From NCBI GenBank assembly GCA_965649765.1, contig OZ287752.1, forward strand, positions 21,142,001 to 21,206,000: a stretch of DNA of 64,000 bases, in the 5' to 3' direction. Positions 39,001 through 52,502 of this stretch are shown here, piece after piece. Each line of letters opens with the position of its first letter. The stretch's first letter is position 1. The position numbers were made by a program, and so were the translations under genes. The notes below the pieces were generated by a model. The model did not search any database, was not told the origin of the DNA, and saw nothing but the letters and a program-made list of their open reading frames with translations. The stretch is from Bispira polyomma. Lineage: Eukaryota.

Positions 39001-41170
39001 CAAAGTGTGTGAAGTACTCCAGGTTTTTCCTTAACAAAATGCTTCAACTTCTGAGAAGAAATCATTCAAAATTTCCTTGATATGTTGAATATTCTGGTTG
39101 CGTTAGGAATCTGGGCTCATCAGTGGAAAAAAAAATCAAATGTGACAACCAAGCTGTGGTTAGTGTTCTGACAAATGGCCTAACCCGTGATCCAGACTTA
39201 GCTCGGTGTTCAAGGAATATTTTCATGGTAGCTAGCCACTATGACATAGAAATAGACATAATCCACATACTAGGTGAACACAATACTACTGCTGATTTGT
39301 TGTCCAGATGGTCAAATTCAAACCAGGAAAATATTCGTTTACATGTACTTGTAGGCTAGGCCTGTGGTGTCCAGTGGGTGAAGATTATCTGTTCCTAAAT
39401 AGTCAAATATAATACAATTGTTACAAAGTACTCTGTAGTCTTTTATCTTTTCCAGACAGAAAACAAGTACAACAGTTACTCTTAAAAAAAGGCAACCAGG
39501 AGATTGTATCTTGCCTTCTGCAGGTCTACTTATCTTACACTGCTATGTACCGAGTCTACCTGGCGTTTGCTGCCTTTATGGATCTGCCTTTATATCATGT
39601 GACTGTGTTTAACCTCTTATCTTTTTTAGAATTTTTGCAGTCAAATAATGTCAAACCAGCACACATGGCTAATTACCTTTCTGCCATTAAGGCTAAATCC
39701 ATATTAAACAGCCTCCAGGTTCATGCTTTCAGTGACCCTCGCATTGCATATTTCCAAAAAGGTGCTCAAAGGGCTGCCCCTCTACATGTTAAATTGAGAA
39801 ACTCATTGATATACCTACATTAACTAATATTGTGTATCTATGTCACACTACGTACATGGGACTGGTATACAAAACCCTGTACTTGCTGAACTATTTCTCA
39901 TTTTTTCACTTGGCTAATCTAGTTCCTCACTCATCTTTACAATTTTCACCCCTTAAACACTTAGCAAGAGCTGATGTAATGCTACACCAAAATAGAGCAG
40001 TTTTGCTCATTAAGTGGTCTAAAACAATGCAGTCCAACATCCAAATTAAACTCATAACCCTCCCACGTCTTGTGGGTTCACCATTTTGCCCTGTCCAGTC
40101 ACTGCAGGACATGTTAGCACTCACCCCTTCTGGGGATAATGTACCTCTATTCCAGTTTAAAGTCAACCACACTTGGGTACCTCTCACAGACTCAAAGGTA
40201 CGCCATCATTTTAAAGGTATTCTTGCTAGATTACAACTCAGTGATTCTGGACTTACTTTCCATGCTTTCCGTCATTCAGATGCCACCTTTGCTTTTAACC
40301 ATAACATAGACATTCAAAACATACAACATCATGGCACCTGGACTTTGGACTGCGTGTGGAGGTATGTCACGGATACTGTTGATGCTGGTCACCAAGTGGC
40401 TGATACTTTTAGGCAACATCTCTCAACAACTCATTTCTACTTTTTGGGTTTGGGTGTTCATAATCATTTCATAAGCTACATGTATCTTTTATAAAGTTTA
40501 TCTTTAACTTCATTTAAATTCAGCGGTTGACGAACTGTATACTAAATAAGTAATTGTCAGTGCCAAGTAACTACTACTGTAATATTTCATGCAGTCTCCC
40601 AAAGGTTAACTATTAAATTTAATTCTCATAAACCGTTGCTATTGTAACTGGTAATTACTTTAATTCAGTGATGGCTGAATTCCAATGTATGTCATTGTAA
40701 TTATCAGTGTAAAATAACTACTGCCTAATTCAAGTATTGCTTTAATTGTTAACTACTACCTTAACTTTCGTATTTTGAGTTAAAATTGTTTAGTTACTGT
40801 TAACTAGTACTTAATTTCGTATTTCGAGTTAACATTGTGTGGTAATAGTACTTGTAATTACATTGTACTTTACTTATTGGTATGTAAGGTCACCTTTCGT
40901 AATAAGTGCCTAAGGGTTTTTTAAGTAACAGAGATAATAAACTTTTGTGTTAAGGTGACCTTACACAAAATTCATTTAAGGCTAAACAATTTATTTAAGG
41001 TGGACTTAAGCCACTTAAAGTTTGCCAAACTTTAGTAATTTGAATTTTTGGTGACCTTAGTCACCTTGTATAAAATGTAGCTTAACATGTAGTCTAACAA
41101 TAAATGTTTTACCAGCATTCTGTGTATACTTACCTGTCTTCTTGACCTTGACCCTCTGGCCTGTTACCGG
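36100..41170 (+). mobile_element. Ngaro/DIRS tyrosine-recombinase retrotransposon, near full length and decayed
   Basis: gag (C..C...HEHPVGKRC, VDWPQ, DRIRRAHAQRH, CCCH knuckle); RT (VIIDLSW, LPFG, INYIDD); RNase H (CDNQAVV, NTTADLLSR); YR (HAFRHSDAT, HGTW..VWRY). Confidence 0.9.
39545..40494 (+). pseudogene. Tyrosine recombinase of the Ngaro/DIRS element (frameshifted)
   Basis: KWSKTMQ, FCPV, FHAFRHS, HGTW and catalytic Tyr motifs; split across ORFs 39545-39823 and 39832-40494. Confidence 0.88.
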
Positions 41171-41742
41171 GGAAATGCACTGTATAATGTAACAATAACA
41201 TACAAATAGTGATATTTGATTTATATATTTGATGATTTCCTTTATTTGTTGATGTTATGAAATAAGTTTCATCAGAATTGTCTTAGACTAAAAAAGAATA
41301 ACACATAAACTAGATGGCACAGTGGTTACGGTTATTTACAAAGGGAGTACTGTAATGATACATGATCAAGTCAGTGTAAACAGCGAAAGCTCAATAGAAA
41401 CTAGATTAAGCTCTTCAAAGTAGAATTTTTACACTAATGAAATTAAAGATTCAGTACATTGATTTGGATGGGGAAAGACCCTAAGATTGTACAGGTAAAT
41501 CTATTGAATTGTATCGAGCACTAGGAAGTACTGTATTTATCTTCCTTTTCATAAGTATACAAAATATCAGTGACCTTATTTGAATAAACATATACCGTAT
41601 TTACTTCAATCCAGAATAACCAACTATTTAAAAATAACCTAAATCTTGTACGGTGCTATATATTGATGAATTCAAGTTATCAGTTTGCTAATAGTATAAT
41701 TATATTATTATAAATATAATAGTATTACTATAAAGAGACTTA

Positions 41743-41958
41743 ACAGGTGGTGAACACACTCACCTCCCAATTCGTCAATTGTGGGTTCCAATCTTGGCCC
41801 TGGTGTGTACATGGGAAAGTTGGCAGTTTTTTTGTTGAAGGCCAGTGGTTTGCAGCCTCAAAACATTGACCATCTACCCTCTGATTTCCTCTAACACTAA
41901 GCTGCTCTTTGTGACATGACACAAGACATATTGTAAATAACATAAAAACCCAAATAAA
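41743..41958 (+). mobile_element. Decayed tRNA-derived SINE related to the 30953 copy
   Basis: gtggtgaacacactcacctccca, ggttccaatc B box, tgggaaagttggca core, A-rich end. Confidence 0.65.
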
Positions 41959-42684
41959 CTATAAACACATTTTTAGTCCTCATTAATTTACCCCGAGAAA
42001 CTGTACAATATACACTCATTTGTTTCCGAAACGTAATTACAATGTGCTCCGTCATAACTGATTTTTTAATAAAACAAATATTACCATATAAACTACATTT
42101 TTAACAATGGAAGGTAAAGTATATGTGATAACATAATTGGAAGTACTATTTTATCATAATTGCTATATCTGCTAAATCAAAAATAAGGGAAACATTTTAT
42201 TTTTGAAAAATAGGTTTCACTGTTAATATTTTCTAGGCCCTTTCTTATATTACTATCTCACACTTGTTTCAATATATCATCTTTCAACAAAGTGTATCAG
42301 GAGAAACACATTTTCCAAATGTGTGACAGTTATTTTAAGTGAGAAGAGAATAAAAAAAATGGAGATTTATTTGGAGATTTATTTTCTATACAAGTAAATA
42401 TGGTATGTAAAGGGTTATAACATAATATTTAAAATATAAGTAAAATGTTAAACAAGGATAGCATATACTAAGCCTACTATTGCAAACATAAACCATTCAA
42501 AAACTGTTAGCGGGATTAACCCAGTCACAGTAAAATAATTAATAGTACGTAAACATAAAAATACATGCAGGTCTAGCCCAAATATAACACATAGTAAGAC
42601 ATTATAGAAGCTATAGTTTACCAGCCTGAGAAACACACTAGTGTAGTAACTCCCAGGGCTATGTATGAAGATTAACAAGAGAGA

Positions 42685-43070
42685 TTATTTTTTTTATTTA
42701 ATTTATTTATTCATACACAAGGTATAATATTACAAATACAGAATACATAAATGTTTTTCAACCAGGAACAAGGAACAATGTTATTGAACACCATTTACAG
42801 TTTGGCAGTTACATTAAATTTTATACAAATCTTCAAGATGTACATAAACATTCTAACAACTAATCTCAGTATAATTAAATTTAGTATGATTTCTCTCTTT
42901 AATACTAATGAGATCTCTAATATTTCCACATATTATTTCATCCTCTATGTTAATCTGAGAGTTAACATGCTTGTCACTTATATTTTTAAATTCTTGAAGT
43001 GCTTTAAGAGCACATTTATAACTACAATTAAGTTCCTTTGAAATTACATTAATATTTTTTCCCACATTAG
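42685..43070 (-). mobile_element. Possible 3' end of a LINE with a (TAAA)n tail
   Basis: Minus-strand A-rich tail at 42685-42712, preceded by a decayed L1/Tx1-like C-terminal peptide. Weak evidence. Confidence 0.35.
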
Positions 43071-43439
43071 AATGACTTCCATAAACAGCCAGTCTACCAG
43101 CAAGTTCTACACAATTGTTATCACTGGTCAGTATTGTATTTATAAATTTAGAACATCATAACTTCCCCCTAAAGCCAACACTGTTCTTGCTAATAAGGTC
43201 TATAATTCAAAGAAAAATAAATGTATGGGGGGATGGACAGAAGTGTGAACAAAAAAGTTTTTAACATAGTGAATTTTAATGGGATGATAAACTGACTCAG
43301 CAAGCCCCTGACGTGGAATTTGAAATATCAGTAACATTTATTAGTATGTTATGTACAGGGTTATAATGTAATATTTAAAATATCAGTAAAATTTTAAATA
43401 AGCCAAACTCAAATTAGAGTGAAGAAGGGATGATGACAG

Positions 43440-44130
43440 AAAATGCAAGGAATTATGGAGGCAGCCTGTGAGGTGGATTAGGTATGTCAAAATGGCCAAG
43501 TTACGCCATAGTCCGTGTGCCATAATGTTCTTAAGAGATACGTTATTATTGAAGGGCAGTGTAGCTCCAGATCTATGGAAGGTATGAAAACCGTTAATTG
43601 AGTGGTTAACGCTGCAAAATCGTTCTTAATGCTGCACAAATGTGTGAATCCACTATTACATGAATGGGAGGTGCTGATACAAATATGTCTGAAAGGGAGA
43701 AAAGTTGCCTAGACTTTAAGAGTATAGAAACTGCCATTACTGGGCATAGAAGTGCAAGTTTTGTTGCAGGAAGTTGTGATTTGGATTTGTCCTGCATGTT
43801 TTTAGCCCATTTTCTAATTACGTGTACCCCGAGAGGGCTAAATACTAGGTCTTGCCTTATGAGTTCCTTCCGGGGTCAAACATATTTCTTGAATGTGGAG
43901 CTATGTTTGACATACGTAGGAAACCATAAAGGGCTACTGCAAATACAGTTCTTTACTGTGGAGGGTCATTCAATATCTCACAGGCTTGTGATATTCTCAA
44001 CAGCTGTCTGATGTAAAACACCTTATTTTGAAGCTGGCCTAAAAGAGGAATTGTGAATCAAGCGGCAAGTCTAAAGATAAATAGATTTGTCTTGTAACAC
44101 AATGTGGTTGAGATTGTATTTTAAACACAT
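43440..44130 (-). mobile_element. Ngaro/DIRS tyrosine-recombinase fragment
   Basis: IRKWAKNMQ, LLCPV and GFHTFHRSGATLPFNNNVSLKNIMAHGLWRNLAILTY. Confidence 0.85.
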
Positions 44131-44369
44131 GAACATAATAGCCACCAAATATATTTGTAAATTGGAAATTCTTCTAAATTTTAGTGTTCTAACTCCCCTA
44201 AAAAGCAATGGAGCTCAGTCTATTCCGTCCTCCATAGAAAGTCAGGAAACTCACTACCAGATTATCACTGTACTAATTTTCTTGCCAATCGTTTTGGAGA
44301 GTTTTTTATTGATAACATTTCCAAGAACAGATCTGCATTTAAAGCTTGATTTAACCACACCCTTCCCAC

Positions 44370-45195
44370 CATGTTATTAAACTCAATCACTTTCATGCCA
44401 TATCTGAGATTGATGTCTTTAAACTTATTAACCCCTCCTCTCTCAAATCATGTGACTTAGATCCCATTCCTGCTTCTGTTCTTTACAAATGTCTTGCATT
44501 CTTATTTCACCCATCACCAACATATTTAACTTCTCGAAAGCAGTTTTTTGCCTGTTTTAAAACTGCTTTTGTTACCTCCCCCCAATCCAGATTAATGAAC
44601 ATGTTCGAAAACAACAAGCAGTAAACCTGCATCAGTCTGCCTATGGACTTGCTCTTTAAGAACTTGGTGTGGCATTGAAGGCCTCACGTTGGAGTGGATT
44701 GCATTATACCTTGCCAATAGAAGCCAAATAATCAAAATTGATGGCCATGTGTCTATTTCTTTTAACTCACCTTTTAGAGTACCCCAGGGATTCATCTTGG
44801 GGCCCCTCTTATTTATTCTTTACACCTCTCCCCTGTGATTTATGTTATTAACAAACTCAATATCAAATGTCACATGTATGCCAATGACACCTAAATCTAC
44901 CTATCATTAACGGCAAAAAATGCACAACATCAGCTCAGCATCATTGCCAGATGTCTCGATTCTATCCGTGATTGGATTAATTTTTCCTGACAAAACTGAA
45001 TTCATGCTTATCGGCACTAAAAAAGATAGGGATAAACTTAAATCACTGTTTCCTATTAACCTACTCGGCAATGACGTACTCCCAGTGGATAAGGTAAAGA
45101 ATTTAGGTGTCACTTTTGACTCTCTCTTTTCTTTTTTCACCTGTATCTCTAATATACATCGATTTTGCTACCTCTACATTCGCAACCTCAAGAGA
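44370..45195 (+). mobile_element. L2/CR1-clade LINE RT fragment, internally deleted
   Basis: KSCDLDPIP, SPITNIFN, YLANRSQ, VPQGFILGPLLFILY, HMYANDT, DKTEFMLIG and VKNLGVTFD motifs. Confidence 0.85.
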
Positions 45196-45199
45196 AATG

Positions 45200-46990
45200 C
45201 AGTGCATCATCTATGGGGCGTATCAGAGCTGCCAAATGGCAACTGCAGTCATTACTTGGATGTTTACTTTATATCCATGAATGTGTACTCTATGCTAGGT
45301 TGTTTGTGAATAGGATTTTAGATACCCATAGGAATGCTTCTGCTAACACTGTTATACTGGATGAGGATTTCCACAAAGATTTTCAGTGGTTTCACACAGT
45401 TCGTGGTGCATGTTCTTACACAGGGCCACACAAGGGATGACACTCTCATGTTATATGTGAGGTCTATTTGGTGGATACGTGCTTGTAAAGACATAAAACT
45501 CAAGGTGGTTCACCAAAGTTTTTACTTAATAGGTTCCACAATGCTGGCTGCTCAAACAAGCAGAAAAACAATTCCCCTTGCATTTAGACCAGGAATGTGT
45601 ACTTTTCTCAGTTTAACCTTTTCCTGGCTCTAGCCATGTTCTGGAACATTCCAGGTTTTACCACCCTTAGCTACGTTTTAATTTTTATAAAGTTTTTGTC
45701 AACCTCAAGTTTATCTCACCCCACTATTCAGAATTATCTTTCTAGTGTAAAGTCCCACTTTTTATTATTTTGGTTTAAATCATTCTGAGTTCCTGTTAAG
45801 ATAGCTATTAATATGCCTTCAGGGTTAAAGGAATCATCACTATACCCATGATTCAGCAGCTAGTTACCAAATGCCTAACAATTAAGGACAGAGTAGTACA
45901 CAAGGTCCTCTTCCTTGTTTCCTTAGTTGTTTTTTTTCAGGATTTCTAACGTAAAGTTATAAGGATATTACCATTCCCAGATTTCTCACACAGTGTTATA
46001 TTTAATCCTCCCGGTTGTCACATCACCATAAAATTGTCAAAACCTCTGCAAAAATAAATGCATTTTAGATAATTCAACTCCCACGTATACCTAGCTCGGA
46101 CATATGTCCTGTTGTTGCCCTTTAGCAAATGTTTAAATTTTGTCCATCCCTTCCCAATTTCTACAGTTAGCTCTACAGAATTGGGAGAATGGCCCAATTT
46201 TGAGATCAAGGAAAAAATCAATAAATTTAATATTTTGGGCAGTAAAATGAAAATGTGGGGCGACCTTCCAGATTGAACTGATTCCATCTCTTTTCGAATG
46301 GACACCGCTCCTAATCGACCTTAAAGTCGGTACTAAAACTGCCCCGGCCTCTCCGATGTGGTTAGGATCGAACTTATTAGCGATAGAATCTGATGTATCG
46401 CTCTAGAATTGAACGTATTGGAACGTATGTCCCCTGAACTATAAGTTCGAACGGGCCAGTATTACGACAAGCCTGTAGTGAAATAAGACCTATCAGACAT
46501 AACCTAATGACGTGAACTTAATTTAAGTATCACCCTGAAAGTTTTGAGTTTAAGTTTACGTTATGTAAAGGTCATCTTAACTTGAGAGATGCCTTGATTA
46601 AGATGAGGCAACCTTGAACTCATTTTAAGTTTAAGGTAAGGTTGCCTTAAAATGGTATATAAACTGCATTTAGTTTAAGGTCATCTTAGTTTGATAGATG
46701 ACTTAGGTATATAAGTTTTTAATAGGAGTTAAGTTTATTACCTAAAGGTGGCCTTAACCTGAGGTAACATTAAATTTATATGCAATTGTATGTAAAATAG
46801 AATAAAACACACTAAAGCCCAATTAGGAGGCAGGGTTTGAAGGAGGGCTTGGAAAGCCAGAGCAACTTGCCTGGTGATCTCTAGACACATATTTCGACAC
46901 AGTCTGAGGTCCATGTTCCATAGCTCTGAATATCTTGTAATGGAACATGGTTATTTAAGGCCGGAGTTGCTCATTTTCCAAACAAAAATC
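45200..46990 (+). mobile_element. Ngaro/DIRS fragment (RT C-terminus, partial YR, 3' region), abutting the L2 fragment
   Basis: LQSLLGCLLYIHECVLYARLFVNRIL..KDFQWF and TIQNYLSSVK; its 3' aaggtcacctt-like hairpin region resembles that of the 36100 element. Confidence 0.75.
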
Positions 46991-48367
46991 TCTGAGAATT
47001 TTATCGTTATAATTAGTATCTTTTATTTCAGTTTCTGTTAATTCACATCAAGAAGTGATGTATTTAGCTTCAAATATTATTATATCAGCTGCTTTGAATG
47101 ATACCAGATATGGTTTAAGTCCTAAATGTTCACAAATAAGACTTACATTCCTGTTAAATTTCTATAGTCACTTTTATATGAGAGTGAAATAGGGTCAGTG
47201 ATTGCTATAGTTGGTACAAGGAAATGGTACTCAAGGATACGTATAAATGGCTTGTTCAAATATATTTGGAGCGCCATTTAGTTACTTTTACCTCTTACCA
47301 GAATGTGAAATAAATAAAAACATACTATTATTTCAGATACAAATATTCAATATCATGTAAGTATCCCTATACACAGAATATTTCAGTGTCATACTTTCCC
47401 TTGCACTAAGTTGTGGTTGACTATAGGTCTGTTAATAATATCTCTAGCAGTTCACCAAGCGTACAATAAAATATCTGTCATTTGACTTGCAATGTGGCAA
47501 AAAAGGAACTTCTTATTGATACATTCATATTAAACAGCAACATGACATATTTCGCTACAATGCACATAAGCTGTATTTCAATGTATTACAATAAACGATA
47601 TGAAACTAGCATGCAAATTGTTACTGTACTGTGGCATCCTTATTGATATATTACATATTTGACAATAAAAAGGATATAAAAAAAACCTTCAATTAGCATG
47701 TGCAACATTACAAATATATGCTAAAACATATCAAGGACTACTTTTATGAAAGGTGTCACCTCTGGCCCTTGTTTAAGCTTTACCGCATTATTAAATTCTG
47801 TTCTTGCTAAGTTTTGTCTTAAATAATCTCTCAAAACATATCAAGGACCACTTTCAGGAAAGGTCTGAGGTGGTGCGCACATTTATGGTAACTCCGGTAT
47901 AAAGTCTAAATGGTTGTTATGTTGAGTTTACCCTTAAAATAGCTTTCATAAAAAGGCAAATTCGGTAAACCATAGTAAAGATAAACTTAATTTTTTATGT
48001 AGTAAGTAAATTTATAAAACAAAATACAAGCCAGTTAAATAAATAAATATGAATTAAAATTTAAAAATCAAAAGTGAACTCTGTATAGCACTACTTCATC
48101 TTAATTTAGAAGGCTTATACTTATTCCCTTGTTAGAGTAGTCAGTTAAAATATTCGAAATAACATGCCCTTTGCAGTTATATTTATGCAATAAAGCTCGA
48201 CCTGGCTTAGCATTCAGATCCCCTGCCCCCTAAAACCAGAAATCAGACAGTGAATGATATGTATTATATTTTATTAGTTTCACTAGATACTATACATGAC
48301 ACTAAAAAATTAAAACTACATAAATGAAGGTGCCAAAATAATACTCACTGTCAACTTGACAGGTTAA

Positions 48368-49560
48368 ATGGAGAAAGCTCTGGATCCCGCCCTCCTGGTG
48401 GGTCTAACAGAAGAGACAGATAGTCTAGTCTTGATGCAACTCAAGAAGGTGAACTCACGACTGGACATGGTCGAGGGACAAGTCGCAGATGTGCAGGGAA
48501 AACCACAAGTACCAGACGGGACAATACTAAGTTAAGTAGTGCTTCTCAAAAACATTACAGTAAAAGTAAAAGCAAGTCGAAAAGTAAAAACAGTGAAAGT
48601 GATAGTGATGTAGATTGTCAGAAACATTACAGTAAGAGTAAAAGTAGTTACAAAAGTAGAATGATCTCAAATGAAAGTGACACCTCTTCGAATGAATCTG
48701 TGGTACCAAGTATGTCTGTGTTAAGATCCTCTCAAGGCATACAGAGGGAGGTTGACAGCAGGTTACAGGAACTAGAATGTGAAGGGGCATGTCAGGCAGG
48801 TAAATTTCTCACCTCAAAAATTAAATCAAAATGCGGGCAATGTAGATGTGGTTGTTAAACAACGAGTGGCCTGGCCTCAAGAATGTATTTTGGGGGAGAC
48901 CAGCAGACTTGCTTATGACCAGCTGTCACTGACACAGTGGGTTCAGGGCTTCTGTAAAACTATTTTGGAAGAATGTGATAGTAAAACTAAGGACAAAATG
49001 GTAGAGTACATTTCTGAACTTATGGAAGGCGCAACAGACTTTTCCTGACTGGAAGCTAAAGCGGCACACGCGGTTCTGTTGTGCAAGATGGAGAGAGACA
49101 CCTTGACATGGCAAAACACATCTCACATAGATAGAATTCGCAGGGCGTATGCGCAAAAACATCTCGCAGGGTCGGGTAAATCAAATTTGACAAGAAGTAC
49201 TGAAACAACCAGAAAACCTTGGTTTTGCAAAAACTTTCAAAACGGTAGCTGCTCTCACACAAATGATCATGAGACGGGGGGTAAAATGCATAAACACATT
49301 TGCTCAACATGTTTGGACAGGGGAAGGGAATTAAATCACCCAGAAAAAGATATTCGCTAAAAAGAAAATGTTCGCAAAAAACGAGCAAGCTGCTCAAGTC
49401 TAGATCAGGGTGAGGGCAGCAGACAACAAGTAAATGATCAGATGGTTAATACTGATGCATGTGTTGAATAGAATGGTGTGGACTCAAATGAAAATACAAA
49501 AAAATCAAATACACTGGTTGTCCTGTAGTACAGGCTAATTTATTTAGAACAAGAGTCTTC
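48368..49560 (+). pseudogene. Ngaro/DIRS gag fragment inside the inverted-repeat pair
   Basis: VAWPQ, YDQLSLTQWVQGF, DRIRRAYAQKH and CKNFQNGSCSH..HICSTC..H. Confidence 0.85.
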
Positions 49561-49579
49561 TATCGTACATAAACCCTGG

Positions 49580-49730
49580 GCCTCTTCCTACAAACCTAAA
49601 CCTAAAGATAGTAGCATTCAATACCCGATCAAGAACAAGATGCCCTCGGTCATTGATCTGATTACAACCCAAGACCTAGATGTAGCCAACATATCAGAAG
49701 ATTGGCTGAAAGCCCAGTCACACCAACACG
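49580..49730 (+). pseudogene. LINE APE-endonuclease N-terminal fragment
   Basis: LKIVAFNTRS-KNKMPSVIDLITTQDLDVANISEDWL matches the APE motifs N.RS..NK and E.WL. Confidence 0.65.
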
Positions 49731-51829
49731 CGCTATCGTCCCACAACGTAGCAAAGCAATATATCTCAAAACGTGGTAGTTTTCTGTGAAAGTGACGTCA
49801 TTTTGGCAAAGGTGCAGTCGATTGTGATGTTTTGTGTTGTTTTTGTGACAATGTTAGTACTTATACACCCGGAGCGGGAGAAAAAAGCGAAGACTTTACT
49901 GGTAGGAGATCACTACCTACTACTACGAAGATGTACTATACTACTACTTACTGGTTTGTTCTGTTGCCTTCTGCTACTTAGTGAAACATTTTTGACTAAC
50001 AGAGACGAGTGGAGACAATCTGACTACTTACTGGGACTTCCTCGCTACCTACTAATATGTAGAGCTACTTACTGATACGTCTCTGCTACTTTCGGAAATG
50101 TTCCAGGACAAACAGAGAAGTTGGGATAAATGGGAGCTGTGACACAATTGCTTCAAACAGTTTAAAACAATCGTCTCAGCAAACGAAACGGAGACGTTTT
50201 TGGAACGATATCATCCGTTAACCAACGTCAAGGAACGAACGCACCTGGGATCCTCACTTTGGCATTACCTTCTAATACGTTTGTACTAAGTTTCTAAACA
50301 ATTGAAAACGTCACACAAGTATAGGTGTGACCAGGCTTTAACCAATATTATAGTGTTAACCTGACAAGTTGACAGTGAGTATTATTTCGGCACCTTCATT
50401 TATGTAGTTTTAATTTTTTAGTTTCATGTATAGTATGTAGTGAAACTAATAAAATATAATAGATGTCATTCACTGTCTGATCTCTGGCTTTAGGGGGCAG
50501 GGGCTCTGAATGCTAAGCCAGGTCAAGCTTTATTGCATAAATACAACTGCAAAGGGCATGTTATTTCGAATATTTTAACTGACTACTCTAACAAGGGAAT
50601 AAGTATAAGCCTTCTAAATTAAGATGCAGTAGTGTTATACAGAGTTCACTTTTGATTTACTTTAATTTTTTAAAATAATTATGTATTTAACGTTCACATT
50701 TTGTTTCTATAAATTTACTTACTACATATAAAATTAAGTTTATCTTAACTATGTTTTACCGAATTTACCTATTTATGAAAACTATTTTAAGGCTAAACTT
50801 AACATAAAAAACATTTAGACTTTATACCAGAGTTACCATAAATGTGTGCACCACCTGAGACCTTTCCTGAAAATGATCCTTGATATGTTTTGAGAGAGGA
50901 GTATTATTTGTTACTAGGCACTAATATACAGATATATAGAGATATATATATAGATATACACATACAGACATGATACAATTAACAATGATAAGATCAACTT
51001 GGGATGCAAAATATATTAACTAATTTGATACATATTAAGTAATTTTACTAAAACATCTGTGATATGAGATAAGCCAAAATTTGCTAAAATACCCTGATGT
51101 GATAGAGAATTATTACGTAAGAATGCATGATAGGATTCTAAATTGTTCCAGCACAAAGATATATTAATTTAACCCTTTCCTACACAAGACACAACTTTTT
51201 TTTCATTATTTTATTATAGATAGCTGAAAACACATTCCACGTAAAACTACCTCAAATAACATTCTTTTAATGGGATTCTGCAGCACTAACAATTTCCTAT
51301 TGCAAGAAACTGAAAGAACATATAATAATATTTTAGGGGTGTCGACTGATAATTAATGTAAGATACAGATAATGTAATACAGTTTGTCATGCATGATGTT
51401 ATAGTGATGATGACATTATTCTAGGGAAAAACTTTAAGGATCACCTCGATAACCTTACTCTGACTTTTGAAAAGTTCCGAAAATACAACCTGAAACTTAA
51501 ACCCAAAAAGTGCAACTTGTATCATTCTGAGACACTATTATTGGGAAAAGTTGTAAGTCCTGGATCACCGGTTTTACGCATGAGCAGTTACAGGATGCAT
51601 AAATATCTGACCCATGCCTGCAAAAGCTAATAAGTTTTGATCTCTAATGGCCTGGAGCTGAAACAAAAGGACTTATCCCTATGTAGTCCGGATGTACAGT
51701 ACTTTTACAAGAACAAGGCGCATTTAGTGTATAACAATAGACTATAGTATTATCTGTGGAAAGATGAAGTAAGTGATAAACCATTGCTTATGATTCCACT
51801 AGATTGAAAGAAAAGTTTGTGTCACTTAA

Positions 51830-52502
51830 CCACAATCTACCCTTAACTGGTCATATGGGATCATAAAGACTACAGCTCGCATGAGGAAATGGTGTCTGTG
51901 GTACGGAATGACTAGAGATGTGGAGTTATTTGTGAAATTTGTAACATAAACAAAAGGGCCAGTGTAAAACCAAAAGCACCATTGGGACAGTACCATGCTG
52001 ATTCAACTCTAGAACGGGTACGCATTGACATTATTGGACCATTTACCATTTAAGTGACGGGGTAATCAATACGTACCAATGATTACCGGTGATTGTGGAC
52101 CAGTTTACCAAATAGTTGAAATGTTTTCCGCTGCCACATCAAAGTGCTGAATAAGTTTCCAGATGGATACATTTCGAGATTTGGTTGTCCTTTAAAAATT
52201 CATACCAACCAGGGTAGAAACTTTGAAGGAAAGTTATTCGCGTCTGTGTAGAACTGTTACAAGTTGCTAAAATCCGTACAACCCCCAACAGACCATGTTC
52301 AAATGGACAAGTGAAGCGATATAACAGAACTATCCTACAGTTAATGAGATGTTTTTTGAGAAGCAATCAACAAACATGTGATGAGCATCTTCAACAGTTA
52401 GCTGGGTTTATTCGTTCTACAATAAACAGAAATATCGGTTTAACTCATTATCTAATGATGTTAGGTAGGGAAGTCGGTATGATACTGCAGCAAAATATTT
52501 GA
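51830..52502 (+). pseudogene. Gypsy integrase (zinc-binding and rve core), frameshifted
   Basis: HNLPLTGHMG, KPKAPLGQYHA, ERVRIDIIGPF, FGCPLKIHTNQG, TTPNRPCSNGQVKRYNRTILQ and MMLGREV. Confidence 0.88.

Larger units (their letters stand above)
47821..50909. mobile_element. Foldback/Pack-type structure: ~540-bp inverted repeats (47828-48367 and 50356-50896) enclosing about 2 kb of foreign fragments
   Basis: The arms are reverse complements along their length, from ctctcaaaacatatcaagga.. to ..caacttgacaggttaa. Confidence 0.85.

Noticed and set aside
36140-41165. Possible DIRS1-type inverted terminal repeats for the plus-strand element
   Set aside because: Similarity between 36141-36185 and 41135-41165 is too weak to call by eye.
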